Shown: piece by piece, positions 49,247-63,395 of the stretch
Numbering within the stretch: position 1 is the first letter of the stretch
How the letters are laid out: each line of letters starts with the position of its first letter
Origin: Schmidtea polychroa
Taxonomy: Eukaryota
DNA: 64,000 nt
Assembly (NCBI GenBank): GCA_044892525.1
Contig: CM097887.1
Span: forward strand, 18,786,001 to 18,850,000
Direction of reading: 5' to 3'
Program-made: the position numbers and the translations under genes
The notes under the pieces: generated by a model
What the model saw: the letters and a program-made list of their open reading frames with translations, nothing else
Database searches by the model: none
Told to the model about the DNA's origin: nothing

Positions 49247-52204
49247 CTACGGCATTTTTTCACGTCTATCTTTTTCATTGGCCCAATATTGATAAACTTC
49301 ATCTAAATCTATATTTTTTTGAGACATTAAATGTGATTTTATTCGCATCAAGCATTCCAAATGATTAATTTCAATTCTATTTCTAGATTTAGTTTTTATA
49401 GAATTCATTAAACTTAATCCACGTTCACAATCGCAACTGGATGCTAGAAATGTTGAGCTAATGTCTAGTAAAAATTTCAGTTCATTGAATTGGTCATCTT
49501 TTAAAACGAAATTCACCAAGTCCGTGAATGTTTGAATTGAACCAGCTTGTATTTTTCGGCCACAATAAATTTTAATGTGGTATATTGCTGGCATATCGTC
49601 TCTGCTGCAGTGTTATTAAAATTGGGAATAAACAGAATATTTTCGTACTAACTTTAGAACACTTTCTTTCCCAAATTCAAAGTTAGTAGTGTTTGCTATT
49701 TGCACCAGGATCGAATGCATACCACTCTATAAAATCTTCTTCATGGAACCTACTCTCCGAGTGTTTACATAAAAGTTCAATTAATCGAATAATTGCAGAT
49801 GTATCAACGTCATTGTTTGATAGAGCTAAAAATTTCTTGACATCATCACTCCAACATACTACATCACTCAAATACTGACTTTTCAGTTTATTTATAGTTC
49901 CTTTTGCAAACCGAAGAGCTTCCAATGATGTTAAACCACTTCTTTGAAATAATTTGGTTAGTGCAGCAAGGTCGCATAAAACTTCATTTAAAATTACTAT
50001 TGCAACATGGTGTTGTGGATTTTTAAGCATTTTCAAACAATATTTGCTAATAGGATCATTAAAATTTTGGACCTTTTCGGTGCAGTAGTCAATTAGGGTA
50101 TCATAATTTCGAATTAAAGCTTTCACGGCAAAGTGTCTAGAAAGCCATCTTACTTCATTGAGTGGTCGAAACGCTAGTGCATCACATTCTGTTAAATTAG
50201 CCTTTTCTTGAAATTGTTCTTTCCTTATAGACGATCGGTGAAACATAGTGTAAACTGTCCTCAAAAGTGTTTCGATATCCTGCATGATCGAGACCTGTCT
50301 GCAAGCATCATCTATGGCAAGATCTTCTTTGTGGGCTACGCAATGTTGTTCAGATAAATGCTTAATTTCATGTCGAAGTCGTGCTGCTACACCATTATTT
50401 TTTCCTAACATAACTGAAGCTCCATCAGAAGTAAAGAGTACCATTTTTTGTAAATTTAGATTATTGTCAGCATAAAATGCTTTAATTGCTTCTACAATAG
50501 AAATGCTGTCGCAACCGGTCATTTTTAAAATACCACAAAATTCAGTTCTGTATACAAATTCACATTCTGGTCGATATTTCATGTATACTATTAATATTTT
50601 CTGTACAGAAATATCTGTACTTTCATCCATTGTCAGTGTATGGAAACTCGATTTACGTAATTCATCAATGAATTTTTGTTTTATTATGAAATTTATACAT
50701 TCGACAAATTCATATGCATAATTTTTACTACGCCATGAATGAGGAATTGATACATATTTAGCCATATGTTCATGTATTGCTTGCATCGAAAGCATAGATG
50801 TGTTGAGGTCTGTAAATTAAAATTAAAAATTTAAATAAAATTCAGGATAATAATTTAAATAGATAGTAAGCGAAGAAAGAAGACAAATAAAAGCGGGATC
50901 GCGCACAGAATCAATAGTAAAGGAAAGTGTGATGGAAACAGTATTAGAAAATGCCAAAAGCAATTACGAAAGACAAGAATCCGGAAATCCGAGAAAAATC
51001 AATAAATGGAAAAATCATCGAAATCGAATGGGAAAAACGGGACAGGTATAGATTAGCTAATGGTCAACAAGATGATGGTTAGGGATTTATCAGAAAATGG
51101 TTAGGAAGGGTCGAAAAACATTCAAATGTATGAAAACAGAAAACGTTAATTAATTAATTAATTGGCTAATGGAAAACCCGAGCTAATGGGAAACCCGAGC
51201 CAATGGAGAACCCGAGAGATAAAGGAAACCCGAGCTGGGTAAACAAGAAGAAAAGCCCATTAGCTTGACATAATGATTAATGGGAAAAGAGTAAGGAGAA
51301 GATAACGCGCGTAGGAAGACCGGTAGGGCCATTAATTATCTGGATTCCTTGGACCATTATGGGTGACAGCCGAAGCAAACACGTAGGAGCAAATGTCAAA
51401 CGAAAGATTGGCTCGGCAATAACCATTTGTCATCCTGATTTCGAGGAGTATATAAGCAAAGGGGAAATCAGAGAAAATCGGCATTTTGCCTCAGCTATGG
51501 TTCGAAGAATCAGACTGTAGGAAAAGTTGGTAGACGAATTAGGGAAAGTAGGGAAAAGAAGAAATAGAATTAAGAATACGGAAAGGTGAAAAGAAATCAA
51601 ACCAAACAGAAACCGAGGAAAACGTGAATCGATAGAATCTAAAGGACTAAAAGGTGAATATTATTTGTTTGCAAAGCATGAACGTCGAGCGTAGAATCGT
51701 ATAAAACTTTGATTGGTAATTGTAGCGTGATAATAAATTGTGAACCTGTTGTTTCAATATACGTTGGGTCGTTCATTGTTTTGATTTAAAGAACACATGA
51801 GTCAGAGAGAACCGACTTGAAATAATCCAAAACCCAACAGATGTATTTATTTGGATTCCAAGTATCACATTATCAATAAGAATTTTTACCATATTCCGAT
51901 CAGATCGCTTGCGTTCAGCCAAATCGGCTCTGTTCTTAGAAGTTTCTGGCGTTTCGTTTAAAAGACGTAAAATTCCACCTCCCATTCGATTCCTTAAGGT
52001 AAATACAGAATCAGTATGAACCTTTTGTTTTAAATGTCTTTTTAAATAATCTAATTTCCAGTCACTCCATTTTTTTCCACTAGAAAATTCTCCTGGAGCA
52101 CTTACTTCTGAACAAAATTTACACGTAACTTCATCTTTTTCAATACAGTAAATGAAAATTTCTCCAATTTTAACTTTTATGGTTTTATTAGATGAAGTTG
52201 GCAT
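49247..52204 (-). pseudogene. hAT transposase (TTF zinc finger, DDE core, dimerisation domain)
   Basis: CKFC...YLKRH; TMDESTDIS; FTSDGASVM; HCVAH; EVRWLSRH; SCDCERGLSLMNSIKTKSRNR. Removing the LTR and one TSD restores QINTS-MLSMQ in frame. Confidence 0.92.
50801..51839 (+). mobile_element. Solo LTR (1039 bp) inserted in the hAT transposase
   Basis: TGTTGAGG...ACCCAACA termini and perfect 4-bp TSD GATG. Confidence 0.95.
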
Positions 52205-54100
52205 TTGTGTTTCAACCAGCTCATCTAGCCACTCTTTTTTGAAAATTTAATTTATAATATAGTATTATTATAAATTAAATATAACTTAGAAATAATTCTT
52301 TTTGAATATAAAATAATTTATAATTATAAAATTGATATGATAATTTTATTTAGCAGATTGTTTGAATTTTTGTTCAGGATTTATTTTTTTTGTCCTAGAA
52401 ATTTGAAATTTATTAACTTATTTTCATTATTGCAAATACTTTAAATTTTACCACAATCTCCAGTTATAATTAGTTTTTTTAAAGTTGAACAAACACGAAT
52501 TTACTTAGTTGCACAGTTACAGAGATACTAATAAAATATTATAACTAACAAAAGCATAAAATAAATTGCCATGAAATTTAAGAATGCAAAAATAAAAAAC
52601 GACCGTTGCTATGGTAAATATGAAAGAAAGCCGGTAGTTTGATGAAAGTAACTAACTTTTTTTTCTTGGGGTTTTATTTTCAAAATTTTGAATGTATTTC
52701 AAATTTTTTTTTTAAATATGTTGTATATACTTTGTATAGGAATATAAATAATTTTGTAACAATATTTCTAAAAATTAAAAAAAAAACAAGTGCGCGGATT
52801 TAGAAAAACAGTGCGCGAATGATTTTTAGCAGCTGCGCAGCTTAGAGGGAACATTGTGTCGAATATATTTAGAAAAATTTTAATTAATTACGTGTCAAAA
52901 TTCAGATTACATCCACCATGGTGGGTGGCACAATTTCAACTGACAGCGGGCATCCTACGCACTAAATGTTTTAAATGTTTTTGAACAAAAAAATAATGGA
53001 GTTACCCCGCTGGGGCCTCTTGAGGCCCGAAAATGAGTAAAATTTGCTGCATGTGCCGTAACGAATTTTGTGTTTTGGTGAAATTACATCTTCTCTGTTG
53101 TTAAATGAATCTGAACACGAAAATATTCAAAATAGCGATGAAAATATATTAATATGGCATTGCAAACCAAACCTTATGTCAAAAGTAAATTGGAGAGAGG
53201 TTTATAAAATGAATTTTTAGGAACTGAAACATTAAAATCTTATTTAAAATATTTATCAAATTCAAGATGAATTTGTTCTCAATTCACTAATATTAATTGA
53301 AGAAGATTTTGAAAACAGTTCAAAATGTAATTGGTCAATCAGTTTATAAGTTCAAAAATATCCAGTAAAACCGCGATGATTCTGTAGAGCTAATATACGA
53401 AAGGGGAAATGTCACATAACAAACAGTTATACGATAATCTGCATAAATTTCAAGAAACGAGACTTTTGTTGGTTTGGCTTCTGCCACCAATTTTAGAATT
53501 AATATAAAATTCAAGTAGGTAAAATTATTAAGATTTATTATATTTGAAATTGATTTTCGTTGCATTTTATTCCTCAAGTCCTCATGAATTTAATTATATT
53601 AATAGTGAATCGAATTTTTTATTACGTATGCAAACCCTATTGAAAAATTAGCGTCAATCTCAACACAAATTGTGGGAACACCTGAAACATCGATCGAATC
53701 CCTATTATTTATTTATTTTTACAAATTGATTTTGTTCCAAAACAATAATTAACATTGAACTTTTTGATGCAAAATCAAAATTTGAAATAATTAATTTTTT
53801 CATGAGAGATTAAAATCTAACCTAAAAAATTTTCTGCATGCATCGAAAAATCTTAAATTATCCATTTAAACTTTTTCGAATTTAATTTTACATTATTTAC
53901 ATGCAATTAATACTTTGAAATATATGCCTTGTGTTTTTTTCGAAATGATGTTCCCATTATTTTGGTTTTCTTGAAAATTTTTCTAATTTGACCACTGAGA
54001 TTACCTTTTACAGCAATTTAAAAGAAATTTGTCATGGGTTATTATATTTCAAATCTATATAAAATAAATATTTTTATTTTTATACTTAGATATAATTTAA

Positions 54101-54655
54101 CCACTTAACTCTTTAAAAATGAAAATTTGTGGTAAAAAAAACTATAATTTTTATATTGCATTTTCTGATAGATTATGATGCATATAGATGGAATATTTCC
54201 CAAAGTGAAAAAACATGTTTATTTGAAAAATTATAACATATTTAATTTTTTTTAAAAATCATCAGAGAATAGACGTAAATATACGCAACTCTCTGCATTA
54301 CTGCTGTCATAATCACTACCTAACTCGTCAAAATGCATTTCATCTTCTGAACTAGATTGAAACACTTATTCATCATTCATCATCGTAAAATATTTAAAAA
54401 ATATTAGTCAAATTTAGATGAGAGATTTCATTCATATATAAACCGACAACCAATCCTTTTCTTCCACTAACTTTGATTGGTTGACGCACGATAATTAACG
54501 CCCACAACGTAAAACTACGTCAATTCGTTTATTAGACCCGCAGAGTTACGGTATTCCCCATAGACTCAATGGTATAAAGTGCGTAAAATTACGTCACAAA
54601 TTCTATTTCAACCACATTTTTTTGACGTTAATTTACGTCGATTCTCGTTAAGTGG
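54101..54655 (-). mobile_element. Internally deleted piggyBac-like element
   Basis: TTAA-CCACTTAAC ... GTTAAGTGG-CTAA termini. Acidic N-terminal remnant SSSEDEMHFDELGSDYDSS on the minus strand. Confidence 0.6.
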
Positions 54656-54974
54656 CTAATATTTACATTATATTTCGATACCAATATTTTATTACAAGCT
54701 GCTATCTATATTCTAATTTTTACATTATTCCCAAATTGTTAATAAATATAAATATTTAGGTCTCAAAATTAATTGATAACTCAACCTCCACTGATGAGGT
54801 GATTGGTCTACCCTCATCATCCAACATAAATATAATTATTTTATAAAAATTGTGCTATTCAAATTGTTTCAGTAGAACAATAGCTAGTAATCTAACTAGA
54901 CATGTAATACATATTCAAATTACAAAGACCCAAAACAAAATGTTTATTTGTCAACACAATGATCATACGTATTA

Positions 54975-55135
54975 AATTGTCTAAATAGCAATGCTTATGA
55001 TTTATAATACAATCTAAATTATTTAAAATACTGATAACCCGATGACAGGCCGCATCTAAATCACTGATACGACTATTATCTGGTGTAATAATCCCAACAA
55101 CAATATTCATTCTTATAATCGGACCTAATTAAACT
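54975..55135 (-). pseudogene. Parvovirus/Maverick-type phospholipase A2 relic
   Basis: LGPIIRMNIVVGIITPDNSRISDLDAACHR has the LGP...(20 aa)...LDAAC..H spacing of viral-type PLA2. Confidence 0.45.
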
Positions 55136-56109
55136 GACTCAGTTATTCTTCGATCATCAAGGTGGCTTTTTTAAAATTTATTGCTCCTTAACTTTTTCAA
55201 TCTCTTTTAAAATCTAATTACTAGGCCACGAAAATCCTAAAACTGAAATATAAAAATTAAGTAGTTTATAATTTCTCAAAATCTTTAACTAGAGAATCTA
55301 TCTATTTGACATTATTATATTCGTTTTATCTTTTCATTTGCTACCTGCTAATACCCATTTCGCCGAAAATATTAATTTTCAATTTTTATATTTAATTTAA
55401 CACAATTCTCTATCGATTTTACATTAATTTATATAACTAAATTATTTCCTCTCAAATCTACTGTTTTATTTTTAATTTTGGTATTTCTTGTTGAACTTTC
55501 TATTGTTGTTGATGAGGTATCACATTTTATCCTGGATAATATCAATAATAGTTTGATATATTTATCACCATCCAAGCTCTTTTGAAATACAATAAACTAT
55601 ATTTATAAAATTAAGATCCGATATAAAAATAAAATTATTCACAATAGTAATTTGGGAAAATTCTTCCTACTGCATAAAATTGATAAGTAGTTTATTTTTA
55701 TTTTTTAAAATTTCTAATATGAACATCGCTTGGCATATTTCTATTGTTGTATTAAAAATGAATATAAATGGGTATTAAATTTACCTAGTTCATTTAATAT
55801 TTCTAACTCTACATACACACTTTTAACACTTTCGCTGTGTTTAGTTTTTATATACGTCACGCGTGATGAAATTTTTTTGTTACAAAACAAGTAAATAACA
55901 TGTAAAAACAACTTGGAAATAGTGTTTTTTATTTCTTCACATTTCTTCATGAATAATTTTCATTAGTTATTGTTGGAAAATTGCGCCAAATAAAAAAAAT
56001 CGAAAAAACGGAATAAAACGAAAAAAAACAATTTATTATAATAAATTTTCTAAAGTAGTAATTTCCGTTATTTCTGTCTATCTCTGCTTTCATTATGTAT
56101 CACGTTCTC

Positions 56110-56600
56110 TGGTATGAATCAATGCTTTCCAAACATGTTGAAACTACAAATATGTTTTATGAGCTCCTGAGCAGATTTGTACAAAACTAATGCATTCAAT
56201 ATGCAGACCTGAATCAGATGTATTGCCAATTTGCGATACCATTTCTGGTTGGTGAATAAGGTTGTAGTAACTTATTCATTTTGTCCACTAATCCGATGAT
56301 TATGTTCGAATTCAAGACAGAATTCGACTTTAGAATTGTCGTTCTATAAAGCTATCGAACACGTACTTCAGTTGTGCCATGTTTGTGGAGAGAAGACAAG
56401 ATATAAACATCTTTCTTGTCAATAAACTTGGTGCATTGTAATTCACCACACTGAAATGGGCGTGAATCTCCTTAGTTCTATTTTCATTTCCTGATCGGTT
56501 CGGGTACTCTATTGCTTCTCATTGTTTCACAAGCATTTGTGTAATGTCCATGAAGATATCGGAAGAGCTAGCAGGAAGTATAACAATTGTCTAAATAAGG
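56110..56600 (-). pseudogene. piggyBac transposase catalytic-region fragment
   Basis: DNCYTS, KFIDKKDVYILSSLH, (G)VDKMNKLLQPY and KWYRKLAIHLIQVCILNALVLYK. Confidence 0.8.
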
Positions 56601-56714
56601 TTTATGTCCCTTATCCAACAAGGAAGCATAATGAGGAATTTTGACCTTTCTGTCTTATTCATGTCTACTTGTCATCAGTCAATACGTCTTGTCAATTGTG
56701 TCCAAAATTTTCAG

Positions 56715-56856
56715 CACGAACGCGAATCAGTTGTATGAGAAACTTCAAGAAATTTGGTTTGAGATTCCTGTTAGGATTTGTGAGCGCCTTGTGAACTCAA
56801 TGACACTCCGTTGTCAGGCAGTTTTAGATGCTGGTGGAAATCCTACAAAATATTAA
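56715..56856 (+). pseudogene. Tc1-like transposase C-terminal fragment
   Basis: QLYEKLQEIWFEIPVRICERLVNSMTLRCQAVLDAGGNPTKY*. Confidence 0.85.
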
Positions 56857-57819
56857 TTATTACCTTGGTGTAAAGTCTTGTTGACATTGTCGTTCACTCA
56901 GCATTTATTCAGTACAACAGAAAATAACAAAAATGTTAGCATACTTATTTGATTCAAAATTGGGAATTTTTTAAAACAAATTAGAGAAAGGGTGTCAAAA
57001 TTTCCTCCCATTGTTTCGCTGATTGCACATTTAGAAAGACCATATAAAACTGCACCAAGAAGCACTAACGAGAAAATTCATGGTATTCGCAGAGTAAAAT
57101 GATAAAAGAAGAAACAAATTTCTAACTCATAACCTGCATTTTGACAAAGATTCTATACAATTATTCCGAATCACTTGTGCTTTGCTGGCAAGTACTGCTT
57201 GAATAGAACGCGAGCTTTAAATAGAATAAGTGATTCGTCCAGTGCAACATTTTGGCCAGGATTATATGAAAACTTTCAAAAATTCAACACCGACATGACA
57301 TATTTCCGGCGGCTAAGATATAGTAAAAGAACCTATCTAGCACATAATATTTTTTTGTATATCTATTGTTATTGTACTACTCGATAATGTCTAATACACT
57401 ACACCACGCATCATTAAAACACAACGTAACTCGGTAGTAGCCATGATGAGACCTACTCGTCATACTGAAGGAAAGGGTTAATTAAGGCAACTTATTATTT
57501 AAATAAATTTTTAAATTTAACCTTAAAACAAATTTATAAATAAACATACATATAAATTAAGGTAAGTCACGTGAGTGTGAATTATAATTTTTCTGCCTAT
57601 AGCAGACTAAAATTAGAAATGGTGCAATTTTAATCATTTTCAACGACCTCTTATGATCTAATTCAGTGTTATCCAAATATTTTCGAGCCAAGGCACACCT
57701 GGTAAAATTAAAAAATTTTACGGCATACAAATTTTTTAAAATAACTGCATTTAAAATGCTTCCACGTGTTCTGATAATAATAATAAGAAAATGTAATATT
57801 AAGAAGTTCATATAAAAAT

Positions 57820-58633
57820 ATCTAATGGAAAGATTGAGATTGGTGTTTTGAACAAATAAGTTTCTACTGAGTTTGAATCTTCGACAAACTTAATTCGCTT
57901 CCTTGATTTGATTGTTGGAACAGAAAATCCTAGTTTAGAAAGGTATGAAGAACCAAATGGAAGCAATTTTTCGATAGACTCAAATTTAGATTACACAAGA
58001 AACTTTGATTGTATCGATATCTGGGAAATATTGGTTTAAAGCTGCTGAGATTTTTTAGTGTTGCAATGACGTGAGAGATGATTTAAAATTTTTCTTTTGA
58101 TGAATCGAGACCAAGGAGCAGTCAAACTGCTTGTTAACAGCTTTCGCAGTCCAGGGTTTTAGTTTTCCTTGAAATGATTTTAAATTGCAAGATATTGTCA
58201 AAATATTTTCGCTTGATGCTTCAATACTGACATTGAGTATATTCAGGTTTTCAAAAACGCCATTGAAAAAAATTACTTCTAACCACCATATATCTTTCTT
58301 AAGAACTTCAAATGTCGTTTTATGAGAGCTTAAGTTAAAATTTCTTTTCTTAATGTGATGAATCTTGCAAGAACTTTCCCTTTAGATAGCGAGCGAACTT
58401 TTGTATGCTAAAAAGGCATTTAAAGTCTGAGTTCATGGAATCACACAAACTTTCAAATATTCTCAATCGCAGAGCACTTGATTTAATGTAATTCAACATT
58501 TCCAGGTGTATCATGCAATGATTGACTGCGATAGCTGGATTTTGCTCAAGAATATAAGCTGCAAATCCTTTTTTATTACCTTGCATCGAGCGTGCACCAT
58601 CCATGCAAATACTAATGGAAGAATCCCATAACG

Positions 58634-58715
<82 letters not shown>

Positions 58716-59909
58716 CAAATTTTTGAATTACTAATTCAAAAATGTCTTTCCATAATTGTCTGCTTTAAGTCATCACAAAAATGTATTTCTCATTTATTAT
58801 TTATCTTTTATGCTTCTCAAAAAAGTGAGTGGCTGGGACTTATTGCTAATGTCTGTATTGTCATTAATTAATACTGCCCATATTTTATCATTATTTTCTG
58901 AAATTTCTAAAAAAAGATTTTTGAGCTGCTCATGAATCGCTGCAGACATATCACTGACTCTACGAGATATTGTTTGATGCGAGAATTCTTTTTAACTTTT
59001 CTACCGATTCAAGATTTAATATAATATCAGCAGCTAATGTTAATGCAAGAAGAATAATTGATTCAACTCAAAGGTCTGGTTTTTTCTTTTTAACAAGCAT
59101 TTCTGGGATTTTGCAGTTGGCCATTTAAACTTTATCGGGCATTGTTGTGAATGCTTTAAATTTCTAGGCCTAGTTCAAAAAATAATCTTTCAATCTCGTA
59201 AAATAGATTTTTGGTTTATCTTTTAACTGTAGATGTTTTTGTTGAAGATGTCGTTCAAGTTTGCTCGGAACCATGGAGTCATCAGCAATAGTGGCGGAGC
59301 ACATCATACACATATGGATTGAATAATCTTTTTCTGATGTTATAAAGCCAAATTTGACATAATCTTCGTCGTATCTACGCTTCCTTCGTACTTCTTGCGT
59401 CTTTACTTGTTTAGATTTGGAATTTCTTCATCAAAATAACAAAAATATTTTTATTTTATATTTTTATATTTTTAAAAAAAATATTTTCGATTATAAGATT
59501 GAAAAGGACTATCAAATCGAGGATAAAGTTTATCAGAGCGAAATGCAACTGCTTGCCAGCTTTTTGGCTGAGGGCCTACTGGGGATGCTCCAGTGCACCG
59601 ACCCTCGCCTCAAGATCAGCAAGCCTTTCATTTATTTCTGCAAATGCAGGTGCCATATTTGCTGCAATAACAGCAAATATAAAATAACTTAAATATAAAA
59701 TAAAAGGATCTATAAATAATTTACACAAGACAAAATCTGTGTACAATAAATAAAATTTTATTTTAACTATTGACAAATTTATTCGTTTAAATTTGAAATG
59801 ACCGTTTAATTATAATATATATAAAATTTATCTTTATCTGCGAGTACAAAAAACAGTATTGTTTAGCATTTTATAAAATTTTTCACGGTACACTGGTTGG
59901 ACAACACTG
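57820..59909 (-). mobile_element. Degenerate Charlie/Buster-type hAT (ZBED5/SCAND3-like)
   Basis: RRYDEDYVKFGF, SMVPSKLERHL, CMDGARSMQG, NHCMIH, NYIKSSALRLRIFESLC and LPFGSSYL. TIR-like CAGTGTTGTCCAACC at 59895-59909. Confidence 0.85.
58636..58713. repeat. (TA)n microsatellite
   Basis: Direct reading. Confidence 0.95.
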
Positions 59910-60470
59910 CTCTAATTTATTTGAAAATGGGGGTAAAAAACTCAACAATCCTCACAGAGAAAAGGAAATATCTTTTAGGATTGGTTGCAATAATTTGCTT
60001 CGATATTTATTTCATGTTTACTTAATATGGGTAACAGCCATTTTAGAAATGTTTTGTAGAAAAATTTGCGTTGTATGGTTATGTGGGGTTTTTAATATTC
60101 AATATCATAATTTTTTTTATGCGTGGGAGTGAATGTTATGGTTAAGGTTTAATTGACCTTGCAAATAATCACGAAAATTATATTTCTTGTCTCGAGATAT
60201 ATGCGTGATATATCCTTCAATTATATTGTTTTTCCTCGTACTGCTCTTTTTCTCTAATAATTTTCATATAATTTATTTGCTCTTATAATCTTCATTTTTC
60301 TTTAAGAACACAATTTTTCAAGTCAAAGCGAGAGCGACTTTGCCATGAATTAAACAAGAACTATTGATTATTATATTACTTTATCTAAAGTAGTAAATCG
60401 ATTTTATTTCTGTTATCTCTGTTTTCATTCTTATAATCTTGTCTAGCAAAATGACTTAATCGAATTGACT

Positions 60471-60634
60471 AATCGATCAATTCCCGGAGATGACCAATTA
60501 TAGATCGGATATGCCCTACAAACAAAGTCTTGAGTTACTTTTATATGGTTAGCTAGGATATTCGATAATCTTACTCCACATGCACTTGATCAAAGAAATG
60601 ACTCAACATAAGTAACTTTTATTGATATTACACC
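60471..60634 (+). repeat. Dispersed direct repeat, copy 1 (copy 2 at 63396-63559)
   Basis: AATCGATCAATTCCCGGAGATGA...GATCAAAGAAATGACTCAACA.AAGTAACTTTT.ATTGATATTACACC is shared, with scattered substitutions. Confidence 0.9.
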
Positions 60635-62029
60635 TAAAAGTTTCTGAAATTGTATCATAAAATAACTTTTAAACATGACAATTAAATAATAAACAACATA
60701 TATAAATTAACAATAAAAGAAAGTTATATTCGATTATCAATGAATTATCTTCGTAAGATTGAGCCTCTCGTGATACTCTGGAATGATTATCTTTCAAAAC
60801 GTCTCGTCATCTAATTTTTTCCTCTAGACTTTGTTTAAGAGATTGAACATTTTTCCATCAGTGATTGGTATCTTGCCACTCCTGATTAGATTCGTTCTAG
60901 GGGCCAATAGGTGTGTGGGCATCATGTACGGCCTGAACCTACGCGTGTCGCGCTGGTTTTATCGTCGGTTCTCGTTTGAGAATGATGGCAGAACGCCTGT
61001 CTGATATTTCAGCTGATAGGCTTCCAAACTATTTGACACTTTGTTTCCAATATTTGATTTGAAAACGCGCCCAAGCTCGACGCTCCAACTGCATTTCGTT
61101 GATCATGGGTGCCTGCGTCGTGCTGGTTGTTATAATTATTCCCACAACAGTCGCTAGTATTAAGATTAAAGCCAGTAAGCAGAAAGACATTGGAGCTACG
61201 TAGAGAATATTTTGTGCTTAGTCATCAAAGACTCATAACAAAGAACAGTATGCCATTATGTAGGTCAAGAAGGCGTCATAGTCAGAATAATACAAACGCT
61301 TAATAGAGTCTCATAATTTGTTTAGGCATTTAAAATTGTTCTACTCCTTATGTCTTTGTTTTATTGGGATATTAATAATTTGTCGACAGGAATTAGGTCT
61401 CAATCTGGCTCTACCTATTTAAATAAGTAAATAAAACTCGAATCCTAACAAAATAACTTTATACACTTCACAATTTGACTATTTGGTCTCCATATTAATT
61501 CAAATTTTCTCGCAGTTATTTTTGTAATTAATCCCGCATTGTTCGAATTACCACTCATAGATTATCGGCCAGAAATATTTATTGTCCTATTAGGCTGATC
61601 GGAGATGCCTTCCTAATACAAAATTTATTTTCCCCATTTTTTTATTTATTGAGGTTTGCTTTATGAGGTTGCTTTATAATAAATTATTTAATAAATTAGT
61701 TTTTGGTTGCTGACCCCCATCGATTTAAAATTATTTTATACGTCTTCAAAGTTTTATTTGTCACCTTCATCTCTGAAAAATATTGATTTTAACTTTTTTC
61801 GAATTTTTAATTATTGATTTTTTATAATTAATTTAATGATAATTATAATTATTATTATTGATTTTTAATTATTATTCAAAGAATAATATAATACAATTTT
61901 AAATTTAAAATATAACTTCATATTGTTGAAAAATAAAATTTGATGCACACATATTCCATCTTTGAATTTTTGATGAAGAAAATATAATAATCAAAAAAAT
62001 TTTATAACTTAACTTCATTTTCACTAAGC

Positions 62030-62330
62030 TAAATAAAAACCTTTTCCTGGCGGCCAGACATATACAGCAACATCTGTCTGAATCGTGCTTTTCTCTGAGT
62101 TCTCAATGTTTTCAACATTATCGTCAACATGCTTTGAAATAGGTGGTTGATAGTTACCATATTCTGATTTTGAAGAATTGGAGTTTGCATGTTCAGCTTC
62201 TTCTTGAGTTTCTTTAAAAAACTAGCAAGTAATAAACTAGTAACTAGATTTTTTTTATGCTATTTCGGCTTCTCGTTTTCTTTTGTGACCGAGCTGCACT
62301 TCTTTTTCTTCCGGACATGGCTGAATGTAT
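62030..62330 (-). pseudogene. hAT transposase N-terminal fragment
   Basis: MSGRKRS...KRKREAEIA...(TSFF-like)...DVAVYVWP, typical of ZMYM1-like hAT N-termini. Confidence 0.5.
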
Positions 62331-63395
62331 AAATATATTATTATAGTTTAATAGCAATTCGCATACAGATTGGAAAATAAAAACATTGATAAAATCATAA
62401 TTGAAATAATATTCATATTTATCAAAATAGTTTTATTGTAGATTATCATTGTTGATTTATTTCCATTGTTCGCTTATTATGATTTGACGTCCATGCCTCA
62501 TTTTTGCGTCACTGTACCTTTGCGCCCGGGGACATATGTCCCCTACTGCCCCCTCCATCCTAGCTATGCCTCAGCTTACCCACAAAAACAAGCACCCATG
62601 CAAGGTAGTAAAATGAATTATGACATTCAGACAAACCGGGCAGTTTATCTGTCATATGCCGTTAATTTCATGAACTCCTATGGACGAAGGCTTCGTGGTA
62701 GGTGGAACATCCGGAATGTCTATTGTTGGTTGATCCTCATGCTACACTATCACACTCGCAACAGAAAAGTCGAGGAACTACGGATCACCACTGGCAAGAT
62801 AAATTATATAATACAACATGTATGAATCGCGACAAACTTTTAGCTTGGTTGTGAAATCATCGAATCTTATTCTAGCACACTAGAATCAGACTTGCCGGAG
62901 TTCAATGAGAAAAGCAAGATGGTCATAAATTTAGTAGACGACTAAACACGATTTGTGAATGTTAAAAGATTTAATCACTTCCTCTCGATTTAATGATTTA
63001 ATCATTAAAGGTTTTACTTTAGGAATCTTTCAACTTAACGACTATCATCAAATGATAGCACATTTTACAAACAAAGACCTGGAGAATCTTTCGTGCTATT
63101 AAATGTAGAAAGTCTCAAGTAAGCAGAGCAATCGTTTCTCAAAAGCTAAATCGTCATGCTGGAAAATTGTTTGATTAACGGACTTTGTATTTGTAATAGA
63201 TTTCAGTAGATATCTTTAGGATTTTTTATACAATAGGGAAGCAGGTCGTGCAGTACGAGAAATATATTTGTAGACTTCGTACAAACAGTGCTTCGTTTTA
63301 CAAGTCACTATATGAATGATCTCCCATCAGCACTTATAAGTTAAGAAACGAATATTATTTCGAGCAAACCAGCACATTAATTTAATCACCCCTAT

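Larger units (their letters stand above)
48900..52856 (-). mobile_element. Full-length hAT element (ZNF862-like transposase) interrupted by a solo LTR
   Basis: TIRs CAA(C/T)GTTCCCTCTAA at both ends, with 8-bp TSD TTTCGAAT/TGTCGAAT. Confidence 0.9.

Noticed and set aside
50801-51839. Solo LTR spliced out as an intron of the hAT transposase (GT at one end, TTTACAG near the other)
   Set aside because: Splicing at those sites would leave 14 extra nt and shift the frame.
58350-58718. ORF beginning with a YI repeat
   Set aside because: The N-terminus is a translated (TA)n microsatellite. The rest is part of the hAT relic.
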